Below the pieces are notes generated by a model. That model did no database searches. It saw only the letters and a program-made list of their open reading frames with translations, and was not told the origin of the DNA. This document shows positions 40,043-49,600 of a stretch of 64,000 nucleotides of DNA, piece by piece. The position numbers were made by a program, and so were the translations under genes. The stretch is from NCBI GenBank assembly GCA_964461265.1, contig CAYWTS010000007.1, positions 10,906-74,905 on the forward strand. Direction: 5' to 3'. How positions within the stretch are numbered: the stretch's first letter is position 1; each line of letters opens with the position of its first letter. Origin of the DNA: an uncultured Ignavibacteriales bacterium. GTDB taxonomy: Bacteria; Bacteroidota; Ignavibacteria; Tepidaquicellales; OLB5.

Positions 40043-40900
40043 TTAATTGCGAATTTCTCCGATATTGCTATTAAATCTTCTCAAAAAGTTATCAATATCT
40101 TTGAGTGCTATTAAATCTTCACACTCTGTTGATTTATACCCGGTACTTAATTGCTCTAGTCTATCATTTATCAGTTTATATATATGAAATCCTGAATTTA
40201 TAAGTACTCTAAATAGATCTTCCGTACAATAATTAAACTTGCTAAAATGGTTTTCCCATGATTCAAAAAATACACAATCTGTTCTTTTAAGAATATTTTT
40301 AGCACCCCTGAATACGAATATTTCGTATCCTTCTACATCAACCTTCAGCAAATTAATTTTTTCAACTAATTCATTAAATAATGTGTCCATAGTAGTTTGT
40401 TCCACTTTCAAACCCCCAGAAGGCAAAATGGCATTAATTGTGTCGTCATACTTAATGTCTGTTAAATATGTATTTGTAACACTATCGCCGATTGCATATT
40501 TATAAAGTTTCACGTTTTGAAAACCGTTAAACTTCACATTTTTATACAAATACTTAAATATTTTGGGCATTGGTTCCACAGCGAACACACTACCATTGTT
40601 TCCTATAATCGAAGCAGCTTTCAGGGCAAACAACCCGATATTAGCTCCAATATCAATATATATGTCCCCTTTCTTTAAATATCGGGATAAAAATTCTTCC
40701 TCTTCATACTTGTAATAAATACGCCTATCAAAACATGTTCTTGATAGCCAAGTTGGATAAAATTTTATTTTATAATTGTTCCTTTTTATTATTATCAATT
40801 GAGATATCCTTAATCTCATCAATATCCTTGAAAAAATAAACCTAACAGGTTTTTCACTCTTAATAATTTTTACAATAATTTCTTTAACTCTGCTGAACAT
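40043..40900 (-). CDS. FkbM-family methyltransferase
   Basis: IDIGANIGLFAL, VFAVEP and INLLKVDVEGYE motifs. Confidence 0.75.
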   Translation of the reverse strand: MFSRVKEIIVKIIKSEKPVRFIFSRILMRLRISQLIIIKRNNYKIKFYPTWLSRTCFDRRIYYKYEEEEFLSRYLKKGDIYIDIGANIGLFALKAASIIGNNGSVFAVEPMPKIFKYLYKNVKFNGFQNVKLYKYAIGDSVTNTYLTDIKYDDTINAILPSGGLKVEQTTMDTLFNELVEKINLLKVDVEGYEIFVFRGAKNILKRTDCVFFESWENHFSKFNYCTEDLFRVLINSGFHIYKLINDRLEQLSTGYKSTECEDLIALKDIDNFLRRFNSNIGEIRN

Positions 40901-40924
40901 CAGTAAATTTAGAGATTAATGGAA

Positions 40925-41920
40925 TTATTCATCTTTATTCCTATCCCCATAAAACACACTTAACAATAGTAACCAAACCAATAAAATCAAATACTTTACG
41001 AACGATTTAGTTGGATATTTCTTTATATATTTAAAATATAAAAACCAATATTTTAACGCCTTTTTATAATCTTTATTGCTGAGAGATAGTTTAGTTAATT
41101 CATTATATAGGAACATTAAACCTTCCTTTGCAGCACTATTTGTAATGCTATCGCGGTCCTTTAAATAAACAGATCTAATTAATATTGATCTTTCAAGATT
41201 ATTTCGCCTTTCATTGTACGAAACCATTGAAAGATTATCCGAATGGATCCTGTATTTAACTAAATTACGATTAATAAACTTAATTTTATTTTTTTTAGAT
41301 ACTTCCAGCCATAATAAGTAGTCCTCGCCACGATATCCTAGATTTTCTTCAAAATAGCCTGATGTTTTTAGTGTTTCTTTTTTTATGACTACACTCGAAG
41401 TAATTACATAATTCATCGCTAACAATATGGGAAGGCTTAGGTCAATATCTTGCTGCAATCCTGTAAATGCTACGCTGGCATAATCCCTTTTTGATTTTTT
41501 AAACAAAAGATTGCCATAGTGTGAAGTTAGCGAATCAAATACAATATTATCTTCTACTATTCTTTCCGCGTTTGAGCATACCATATCGTAAGCAGGGAAA
41601 AAATACAGCTGTGTTTCAAGTTTTTCGGGATACCAAACATCGTCAGCATCAATAAATGCTATTAACTCACCAGCAACAGATTTAACAGCATCGTTTCTTA
41701 ATTTTCCCGGATTGCCTGTATGTAATCTTTTAATTAACCTGAAATTAGGCAGATTAGTATATTTATAAAGACATGAAATAGTTGAGTCACTTGATCCATC
41801 GTCTACAACTAATATTTCAAAATTCGTATAAGTTTGCTGTAACACGGAATCAATCGCTTGATTAATATATTTTTCACCGTTATAAACAACACAAATTACC
41901 GTAATCATTAATTGACTCAA
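40925..41920 (-). CDS. Glycosyltransferase family 2 with C-terminal membrane segment
   Basis: ITVICVVYNGEKYI...LVVDDGSSDST...IDADDVW...GEDYLLWLE. Confidence 0.8.
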   Translation of the reverse strand: MSQLMITVICVVYNGEKYINQAIDSVLQQTYTNFEILVVDDGSSDSTISCLYKYTNLPNFRLIKRLHTGNPGKLRNDAVKSVAGELIAFIDADDVWYPEKLETQLYFFPAYDMVCSNAERIVEDNIVFDSLTSHYGNLLFKKSKRDYASVAFTGLQQDIDLSLPILLAMNYVITSSVVIKKETLKTSGYFEENLGYRGEDYLLWLEVSKKNKIKFINRNLVKYRIHSDNLSMVSYNERRNNLERSILIRSVYLKDRDSITNSAAKEGLMFLYNELTKLSLSNKDYKKALKYWFLYFKYIKKYPTKSFVKYLILLVWLLLLSVFYGDRNKDE

Positions 41921-41949
41921 TAAAAATAAATAATTTTAACTTAGTATTT

Positions 41950-43152
41950 TCATTCAATGTTAAGCGTAAGATTACTACGTAAAATATGATAAAGCATTCC
42001 TGAAAAAATCATTAAAAACGCTAAATAAAAAAACACAGTTGCAACTAATCCGGAATCAAACAAACCCATTGCAAGCAAGCCAACTATTGCGGATAACAAA
42101 TATCCATAAAACAATTTTACTTTTAAGTGACGCGTTTTAATTGAAGCTTTAACAGTTTTGTATATGAGTCGAATAATATAAAGTATTAGGACTAAAGTAA
42201 AAAGAATACCAAACATCATTACAAGCCTTAAATAAGTATTATGCGGATCTGAAATGCCCTCTTCCGTAACACCGTAAATCACCATGTATTTTTCATAAAC
42301 AGCCATATTAGTATACGCACCATATCCCCATAACAACCTGTTCATGTCCTCGGTAATCATATAATATGCAGGTATCAACAAATAGAACCTACTAAAAAAA
42401 GAAATACTGCCTTTAGCCTTGAAAAAATATGGCACAAATAAAACTAATATTGCAAATAATAATGGATAAATTAAAATAACTTTTTTCCTGTAATAATAAG
42501 TTATTAATATTCCGGAACCTAATATTGTACCTATATAACCCCCTCTACTATAAGAAAGCAGCTGAGCAATAATTTGGATTAATAAAATAAAAAGATAAAA
42601 TGCTTTTTGTGAAAAATCAAAAATATTTTTATAATTAAGATAATAATATAATGTACTTAGAATTGATACAGTGTAAAGATAAGTTATATAATTAGGGTGG
42701 TTAACAATAGAATGAGTAGTAAAACTGTATTTAACTATCGGGGAAAGCCCGAGGAAAAGAATAGTTAAACCGATAACTGATAAAATAAAACCGGTGAATG
42801 ATACAAGTTTTACAAAGCTGAAAAAAAACGATATTTTCGTTAGAAATATTTTCGGTACACAAGAGAAATACAAATAAACGTAACAGAAAAAGGTAGATAA
42901 ATATACAATATTAAAGACACTGTTAATTTCCTGAATATTAAAAAAAACAACGGATATTAATAATAGAACAAATAACGATAGAAAATAAAGATTGTCGGTT
43001 TGTATAATTTGAGTATCCAGAATATTTTTCGCAAGCCTGAAATCAAAATTTACAAGGACTAAAAACAATGTTGAAAATAAAATAATATAAATTGCAAAGT
43101 TTTGGATAAGAAAACTACCGGGAAGCCACGTATTAATATAAAGCACTAACAA
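41950..43152 (-). CDS. O-antigen polymerase / ligase-like (Wzy_C domain) membrane protein
   Basis: About 10 TM helices. SYSRGGYIGTILG motif and a periplasmic loop with DPHNTYL, as in Wzy/WaaL-type proteins. Confidence 0.55.
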   Translation of the reverse strand: MLVLYINTWLPGSFLIQNFAIYIILFSTLFLVLVNFDFRLAKNILDTQIIQTDNLYFLSLFVLLLISVVFFNIQEINSVFNIVYLSTFFCYVYLYFSCVPKIFLTKISFFFSFVKLVSFTGFILSVIGLTILFLGLSPIVKYSFTTHSIVNHPNYITYLYTVSILSTLYYYLNYKNIFDFSQKAFYLFILLIQIIAQLLSYSRGGYIGTILGSGILITYYYRKKVILIYPLLFAILVLFVPYFFKAKGSISFFSRFYLLIPAYYMITEDMNRLLWGYGAYTNMAVYEKYMVIYGVTEEGISDPHNTYLRLVMMFGILFTLVLILYIIRLIYKTVKASIKTRHLKVKLFYGYLLSAIVGLLAMGLFDSGLVATVFFYLAFLMIFSGMLYHILRSNLTLNIE

Positions 43153-43249
43153 AATAATACTTAACGCAGCATAATATACTTTGATTGACGGGGTTTTTTT
43201 AGCTAATGTATTAATAAAAAATATTTTTTTAAATAATTATAAATATTTG

Positions 43250-44425
43250 TTAAATTGGATTTTTAGTTGATAGTTTATAATCTTTCCATTTCTTTCTTAA
43301 AATAAAATAAATATTTGAAAATATAAAACCAAAGAAAGTAAATACAATAACCATCGTAAGTCTTTTAGGTTTAGATTTCCTGTCGGCTAAAACCGGTTTA
43401 TCTAAGATTAATATTGTTGGTGTTTCTCTTTTTTCTTCAATTTTAGCTTGTTCGTATACTGGAAGCAGAAAGATTAAGATTTTTGTTTGTATTTCAACTT
43501 CTCTCTGCAATCTTAAAAAACTTATTGCAATTTGCGGAGAATTACCGAGACTAAGCATATCAGACAGATCAGTTGAAGTCTGGATTTCAGTTATTTTATT
43601 TTTTAAGGAATTTATTTTAGCTTCTTGTGTTTTCACTTCCGATTGATCTGAACTTAATATTTTCTTTAATATATCGAGCTTCACTTCTTCAGCCTTTAAC
43701 TCCGATTCAAGTGTAAATACAGACTGTGCAGCAGCTTTGATTTGCAGGTCAGGAGCCACTCCATATTTTAATTGAAAAGATTTTAAAGAATCTTCTGCTT
43801 TTGATAAATCTTCCTTCGCCTGATAATATCTTCTTTCGATGAATTCTCTGTTATTTTTCGCATTTAAGACGTTCATTTCAATATTAATTTTATCTAACTG
43901 CATTAATAGAAATTCTACCATTTCTTTTGCTAGATTTTTATCTTTGTCATAAACACCTATATATAAAGTTCCGGATATTCTTTCCTGTTTAATCACAAGT
44001 TTGTTTTCCTTAAAGTCTTTTATTGCATCTTCCATATATTTATGATCATCTCTTTCAATTAATCCAAATTTTTGAATCAATGGTTCTAAACATCTCCTGC
44101 TGTTTATTATTTCCTCATAATAAGCGAGTTCTCTTGCTGATTTAACACCGCTTAAACCTAAACCCTCAAGACCGCCAATATCTGGTAAAGATTCCTCAAT
44201 GCTGCTTAATAAGCCACTACTCTTTCCGCTGCTTTTTATGGTCGCACTTGACAAGTAAATCAAATCGAATACAAAGAAATACAGTATTATAGAAGTTACA
44301 CAAATAATTCCCGTCGCTATTAAAATTTTATTCTTATTTTTAAGAAAGATCTGTATTATATCTAAAAGTGTTAAACCGCTTTGTGAGGTTACCACTACTG
44401 ATTGTTTATCCTGATTTGTGTTCAA
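43250..44425 (-). CDS. Polysaccharide chain-length determinant (Wzz/GumC-like, no kinase domain)
   Basis: N-terminal TM after LTLLDIIQIFLKNK, a long coiled-coil periplasmic region, and a C-terminal TM (LTMVIVFTFFGFIFSNIYFIL). No Walker motifs. Confidence 0.6.
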   Translation of the reverse strand: MNTNQDKQSVVVTSQSGLTLLDIIQIFLKNKNKILIATGIICVTSIILYFFVFDLIYLSSATIKSSGKSSGLLSSIEESLPDIGGLEGLGLSGVKSARELAYYEEIINSRRCLEPLIQKFGLIERDDHKYMEDAIKDFKENKLVIKQERISGTLYIGVYDKDKNLAKEMVEFLLMQLDKINIEMNVLNAKNNREFIERRYYQAKEDLSKAEDSLKSFQLKYGVAPDLQIKAAAQSVFTLESELKAEEVKLDILKKILSSDQSEVKTQEAKINSLKNKITEIQTSTDLSDMLSLGNSPQIAISFLRLQREVEIQTKILIFLLPVYEQAKIEEKRETPTILILDKPVLADRKSKPKRLTMVIVFTFFGFIFSNIYFILRKKWKDYKLSTKNPI

Positions 44426-44439
44426 TATAGTGCTCTATT

Positions 44440-46140
44440 TTATTTCTGTGTTTGTAAAATTAAAATTACAAGTGTTACCACACTCGATACTACTGTTGCT
44501 ATTTTTGCTATTAAATCGACATCATATGCAAAATCCCTTTTAATCATTTTGGGAACGTAAATAAAATCATTCGATTCAATTTTTGCTTCTTCTGGGTCAA
44601 GCCATTCACGCGTTTTAAATTTAATCACTCTCGTTTCACTCTCATCAGCACGCTCCGAATAACCTCCGCATGCGTTAACATAGTACTCATAACCTGCACC
44701 TTCCTTGTAAGGTACAAAACCTGGCTTATTAACCTGACCATATACATAAACCTGCATTCTGTTATCAGCTATATATATTATATCTCCGTTTCTCAGAACT
44801 ATATCCTGACTTTTTTCCCCTTCATTAAATAGCTTGACAAAATCCACGTTTACTCTGCCGATTTTATATTTCGTATCAGCTTCAAATTGTTCACGTTCAT
44901 CTTTATTTGAAATAATGTCATTCAGTCTTTGAGTAAATAAATTTTCTATTGTATCTCTTCCCTTCACAGTCATGAATAATGTATCAACTCTTCTGTATAT
45001 CTCACTTGTTGGTAAATATGCCTGAGGACTAAACCAACCAGCTTCTTTTATAATATCTGATAATTTTGTTGAATTTAGAGTAATTGGATAATAACCGGGT
45101 CTAGTTACCTCACCAAGTACAGATACCCTGAAATCCCGTCTTTGTTCTGCATACGCCATTACCATAATTCTGTCATTTGGCTGCAATTTCATAAACTTAC
45201 TTTCCTCATACTTTACATAGAAACTTGTCATTTTGTTTGCACTCATATCGGAACGTGAAATTAAAATACTGTCAAGCAAAGCTACGCTGGTTACTCCCCT
45301 TACAAGCTGTATTGCAGTTTCAAGATCATCTCCTTCTATATATTCGAACACTCCGGGAAACTGCACCGCTCCGAATACAGATATAAATCTCCCTTCCCAG
45401 TCATATTTTGGAATGTTAATAATATCTCCCTCGCGTAAATAGGGATTAAAATTTTCATCTTGTGTTGCAAAGTACTTATGCAGGTCAATTCTCATAGTCT
45501 CGCCATTTTTCCTTTTTAAGGTTATATTTCGAAGACTGAATAAACTTCGCTCACTTGGTGAGGTCCCTGATTTCATCAATGAAAGACTATCTGTAAAAAT
45601 ATATGATATAATAGCACTAGCCCTTAAAACAGCAGAAGTTGGATAAGTCCCCTGTCCCACACCTGTTACAGTAACGTAAAATCTTCTGGGTGAAACCAAA
45701 GTCAAACTTATTTCAGCTGATATGTATCTTTTCTTAACTCTTTCAATAACTTTTTTCTTCGTTTCAGTAAGCGTTAATCTGTTTACATCTATTTCTCCTA
45801 TGGAAGGTACTATTAATGAACCTTCAGGGGAAACCGAAAGTGGAATCGGCTGATTAAGGATTCCCCATATTCCCAGTGAAAAAATATCATTAGGACCAAC
45901 GATATATTTGTCGGAATCCACAGCACCTTCCATAAGCTGATCGTTATAAAGTGTCAATGTTGAAGCAGAAGGTTCAATTTGCTGCAAAATATCATACCCT
46001 GATAAATCCATCCTTGGAGCTGTTAAATCAAAAGATTTAGTGATTGCTGATTTGTCAAAGGTTTTTTCTGTAGTCTTTTGGGCGAATAATTGTAAACATG
46101 AGAAAAGAACTACTAATAATAATATTTTATTTATTCGCAT
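44440..46140 (-). CDS. Polysaccharide export protein (Wza-like, Poly_export + repeated SLBB domains)
   Basis: Signal peptide. YIVGPNDIFSLGIWG export motif. Repeated L..GD.I.IP motifs (REGDIINIP, RNGDIIYIA, SNDFIYVP). C-terminal TM helix. Confidence 0.65.
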   Translation of the reverse strand: MRINKILLLVVLFSCLQLFAQKTTEKTFDKSAITKSFDLTAPRMDLSGYDILQQIEPSASTLTLYNDQLMEGAVDSDKYIVGPNDIFSLGIWGILNQPIPLSVSPEGSLIVPSIGEIDVNRLTLTETKKKVIERVKKRYISAEISLTLVSPRRFYVTVTGVGQGTYPTSAVLRASAIISYIFTDSLSLMKSGTSPSERSLFSLRNITLKRKNGETMRIDLHKYFATQDENFNPYLREGDIINIPKYDWEGRFISVFGAVQFPGVFEYIEGDDLETAIQLVRGVTSVALLDSILISRSDMSANKMTSFYVKYEESKFMKLQPNDRIMVMAYAEQRRDFRVSVLGEVTRPGYYPITLNSTKLSDIIKEAGWFSPQAYLPTSEIYRRVDTLFMTVKGRDTIENLFTQRLNDIISNKDEREQFEADTKYKIGRVNVDFVKLFNEGEKSQDIVLRNGDIIYIADNRMQVYVYGQVNKPGFVPYKEGAGYEYYVNACGGYSERADESETRVIKFKTREWLDPEEAKIESNDFIYVPKMIKRDFAYDVDLIAKIATVVSSVVTLVILILQTQK

Positions 46141-47538
46141 TTAATTAAGTTTTAACTTTTTAAGTATATCTTCTAAAATATCATCTGTTTTATTCCTGTT
46201 CAATGTTTCAGTATATAGTCTAAGTAAAGGTTCTGTACCTGATGGACGTACAAGGAGCCAGCCGTTGTTAAAATACATTTTAACACCATCCATCAAATCT
46301 TTATGTAAAATTTTCATATCCGCTATCTCGGTTAATTTCTTAGCCATTTGAATTGAAACATCTTTTATCTCATTATTTATTAATTGTTTATCAATTCTTT
46401 TATAATAATGCTTACCGTATTTTTCCTCTATATCGGTAATTAATTCACTTAATCTTCTCTGCTTTACCGCCAGCATTTCACAGAACAACATTCCGTTAAA
46501 GATGCCGTCTCGTTCAGGCAAATGTATTTTTAAACCGATTCCACCGCTTTCTTCAGCCCCGATTAGTATATCATTCTTAATCATTAACTCTGAAATATAC
46601 TTAAAACCTATAGGGACAGTATATAAAACCAAACCGTAATCTTCGCATATTTTTCTGATTAATTCACTTGATGAAAACCCTCTTACAACTCCGCCTGTCA
46701 GGTTTTTATTTTCAAGCAAATAAATCAAAAGCAATGCAAATGTCATCTGGGCATCAACAAACTCCCCTTGTTCATCTATTAATGCAATTCTATCGGCATC
46801 TCCATCGGTTGCAATTCCTATATCATAATTACCCGATTTCATTGTATCTGAAATCAGTGATAAATTCTTCATTACCGGTTCAGGGCTCGAACCTCCGAAA
46901 GAAGGATTAATTTCACTCCTTAATGCTGTTATTTTAATCAAACTATCCATCATGCCCTGTCCCGAACCGTACATCGCATCAAAAAGAATTCTTAATCCCG
47001 AAGAATTAATTTTAACTGTATCAATTTTTAATTTCAGAGTATCAACGTAATAATCCCTGCCCTTGATATACTCTATCATACCTTGTTTTAGCAGATATTC
47101 AAAAGTTTTTTCACCGAATTCGAAATCACCGTTTTTATTCAAGATATTTTCAATTAACAATAACGAACTAGTTCCCATCGAACCGCCGAATTCATCTTTC
47201 AGTTTAAAGCCATTATATTTAGCCGGGTTATGGGAAGAAGTTATCATAACACCGTAAGCGAGATTTTTATCTCTTGTTAACAGCGAAACGGTGGGTGTTG
47301 TAACGAATGAATCGGTTAAAAACACTTTTATTCCGTGATTGGCAAAAACTTCTGCTGAAGCTTCAGCAAATTCCTTTGAAAGGAATCTTGTATCATAACC
47401 TATAACAATCCCGTTTTTAAGCTTTGGATGTTCATTAAAAGCTATGGCAGTTGCTTTAGAAATTTTACGTAAATTTTCAAATGTATATTCATCCGCAATT
47501 ATGGCTCTCCAGCCATCTGTACCAAATTTTATACTCAT
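46141..47538 (-). CDS. Phosphoglucomutase / phosphomannomutase family protein
   Basis: FGTDGWR, active-site TSSHNPAKYNGFK, metal site GIATDGDADR, GAEESGG and RPSGTEP. Confidence 0.88.
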   Translation of the reverse strand: MSIKFGTDGWRAIIADEYTFENLRKISKATAIAFNEHPKLKNGIVIGYDTRFLSKEFAEASAEVFANHGIKVFLTDSFVTTPTVSLLTRDKNLAYGVMITSSHNPAKYNGFKLKDEFGGSMGTSSLLLIENILNKNGDFEFGEKTFEYLLKQGMIEYIKGRDYYVDTLKLKIDTVKINSSGLRILFDAMYGSGQGMMDSLIKITALRSEINPSFGGSSPEPVMKNLSLISDTMKSGNYDIGIATDGDADRIALIDEQGEFVDAQMTFALLLIYLLENKNLTGGVVRGFSSSELIRKICEDYGLVLYTVPIGFKYISELMIKNDILIGAEESGGIGLKIHLPERDGIFNGMLFCEMLAVKQRRLSELITDIEEKYGKHYYKRIDKQLINNEIKDVSIQMAKKLTEIADMKILHKDLMDGVKMYFNNGWLLVRPSGTEPLLRLYTETLNRNKTDDILEDILKKLKLN

Positions 47539-47588
47539 TTATAAATTATTTCCAGATATGTTCGCTCTGATGTTCCTTAAGAATTAAT

Positions 47589-48002
47589 TTAAACTTTTTC
47601 TTTACGATGTTCATCAACCCACTTTTTTACATAGTTAACCGTAACATGTGTGGGTGTACCGGGTGTGAATAATTCACCTACACCCATAGAGGTTAATTTT
47701 TCGATGTCTTTATCGGGAATAATTCCGCCTCCAAAAAGTAAAACATCATTTAAACCCTTAGACTTCATCAGCTCAAGTATACGCGGGAAAATTGTCATGT
47801 GTGCTCCGCTAAGTATACTTATCCCAATAGCATCTACATCTTCCTGCAGAGCTGCTTCCACTATCATTTCAGGAGTTTGCCTTAAACCCGTATAGATAAC
47901 CTCAATTCCGGCATCCCGAAATGCCGCAGCAATTACTTTTGCACCCCTATCGTGGCCATCAAGGCCGGCTTTTGCTATTAAAATGCGTATTTTTCTTTCC
48001 AT
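47589..48002 (-). CDS. Cobalamin-binding subunit/domain of methylmalonyl-CoA mutase type
   Basis: 137 aa. [20 protein letters not shown] carries the DxHxxG B12 motif, followed by [12 protein letters not shown] and LLFGGGIIP. Confidence 0.8.
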   Translation of the reverse strand: MERKIRILIAKAGLDGHDRGAKVIAAAFRDAGIEVIYTGLRQTPEMIVEAALQEDVDAIGISILSGAHMTIFPRILELMKSKGLNDVLLFGGGIIPDKDIEKLTSMGVGELFTPGTPTHVTVNYVKKWVDEHRKEKV

Positions 48003-48014
48003 TTGATTAAAGAT

Positions 48015-48995
48015 TTAATTTTCAAGAACAATTTCACCAATTTTTTTGTGCGAAACTCTTTGATATATTAAAACTGAAATAATTCCTACTAAAACTGCAA
48101 ACCATAATGTGGCAACGCGTGTAATAATAGTAGCAGCGATTGCTACATTCTCTGATATTGTTTTAGATAATTTAACAAGCAAAAAAGGCATACTTGCATC
48201 AGTTACACCAAGCCCGCCCGGTAACATAGTTACAGCACCTGCAATTGTTGCAAATCCGTATATAAATGTTGCTACAAAAATATTAATATGTGTTAAGTTT
48301 TCAATTCCAAAACTATGGATAATAATAAAAAATTCAAAACATTCGAAGAACCATGAAAATATACTTAAAACAACGGCATAAACCAGTGGTTTGAACCGAA
48401 CTAACTGATAAATAGAATCATACGCTGTATGTATTCTGTGTGAAAATTTACTGAAAAACTTAAAACTTTCAAAAAAGGAAATAACAAAATAAGAAACCTT
48501 TTTCGAACTTATTACTAAAATAGTTAAGATAAAAAATACACCGACTATAAAAATCAAATATGCCCCTGTTTCAAAAATTACCGCACCAGCAATACTTAAC
48601 ATAATCAAAGATAAAAAATCTGTAATACGTTCAGCAATTACTATAGGAGCACTTTTACTCACAGGGGTAGAGTTTTGTTCTTTTAGAAGATAAGATTTAA
48701 ATACTTCACCAAGTTTGCCGGGTGTAACTGCCATAGTAAATGAAGAAAGGAAAATTAATAAATTCGTACGTCTTGAAGGCGCTACCCCCAGCAGCTTAGT
48801 ATAATACTCCCACTTAAAATAACGGAAAATGTAATTACAGAAAGAAAGAACAAGTGCAATTGGAAAGACCCACCAGAAAAACATCCCAAATGCAGCAAGA
48901 AGTTCATCAAATTTTGCGTAAATGCTTAAAGCAAGATAAACCAATGCGCCAAAAACAATCGAATATATTATTTTTTTCTTATACTTCTGAAACAA
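48015..48995 (-). CDS. UPF0104 / lysyl-PG-synthase-TM-like (flippase-like) membrane protein
   Basis: About 8 TM helices. TPGKLGE and LPGGLGVTD motifs, as I recall for PF03706-type proteins. Confidence 0.55.
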   Translation of the reverse strand: MFQKYKKKIIYSIVFGALVYLALSIYAKFDELLAAFGMFFWWVFPIALVLSFCNYIFRYFKWEYYTKLLGVAPSRRTNLLIFLSSFTMAVTPGKLGEVFKSYLLKEQNSTPVSKSAPIVIAERITDFLSLIMLSIAGAVIFETGAYLIFIVGVFFILTILVISSKKVSYFVISFFESFKFFSKFSHRIHTAYDSIYQLVRFKPLVYAVVLSIFSWFFECFEFFIIIHSFGIENLTHINIFVATFIYGFATIAGAVTMLPGGLGVTDASMPFLLVKLSKTISENVAIAATIITRVATLWFAVLVGIISVLIYQRVSHKKIGEIVLEN

Positions 48996-48996
48996 A

Positions 48997-49599
48997 TTAT
49001 GTCTTTCCTTTTAACTCCAGAAATTTCCTTAAACCCAGATATGTTCTCATAACCGGAAGCCCGACTACATTGAAATAATCACCGGTGATTTTCTCCACGA
49101 AGGTTGATCCAAAGTCATCCTGTATGCCATATGCACCTGCTTTATCGAATGGTGAACCTGTGGCAACATAATAATTTATTTCATAACGTTTTAAATGCCT
49201 GAACTTAACCTTTGTTACTTCATAATCTATAAAAATTTGTTTTGTGTATGTATTAACAATTGCTATACCTGTATAAACTGAATGAGTGTTACCGCTCAAT
49301 ATTGAAAGCATTTTCCTCGCTTCAGTTTTTGAAGACGGTTTACCTATGACCCTGCCATCAAATACAACTATGGTATCTGCTCCTATTATAATCCCATTAT
49401 TTCGCGTAGCCGATTCAAGTGCTTTATCGAGTGCAAGCTGCCGGACAAATTTACTATAGTTTGTTAAATGTGCAGGGATAACTTCTAAAACTTTGGAAGG
49501 TTTTACAGTAAAATATACATCAAAATTTTTCAGCAGCAGACGAAGAAGATACCTCCTTCGTGGAGACAATGATGCAAGTATCACTTTTGGTTTGTTCAA
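48997..49599 (-). CDS. maf: Maf-family nucleoside-triphosphate pyrophosphatase
   Basis: ILASLSPRRRYLL, GADTIVVFDG...GKP, and AGAYGIQD. Confidence 0.85.
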   Translation of the reverse strand: MNKPKVILASLSPRRRYLLRLLLKNFDVYFTVKPSKVLEVIPAHLTNYSKFVRQLALDKALESATRNNGIIIGADTIVVFDGRVIGKPSSKTEARKMLSILSGNTHSVYTGIAIVNTYTKQIFIDYEVTKVKFRHLKRYEINYYVATGSPFDKAGAYGIQDDFGSTFVEKITGDYFNVVGLPVMRTYLGLRKFLELKGKT

Positions 49600-49600
49600 A

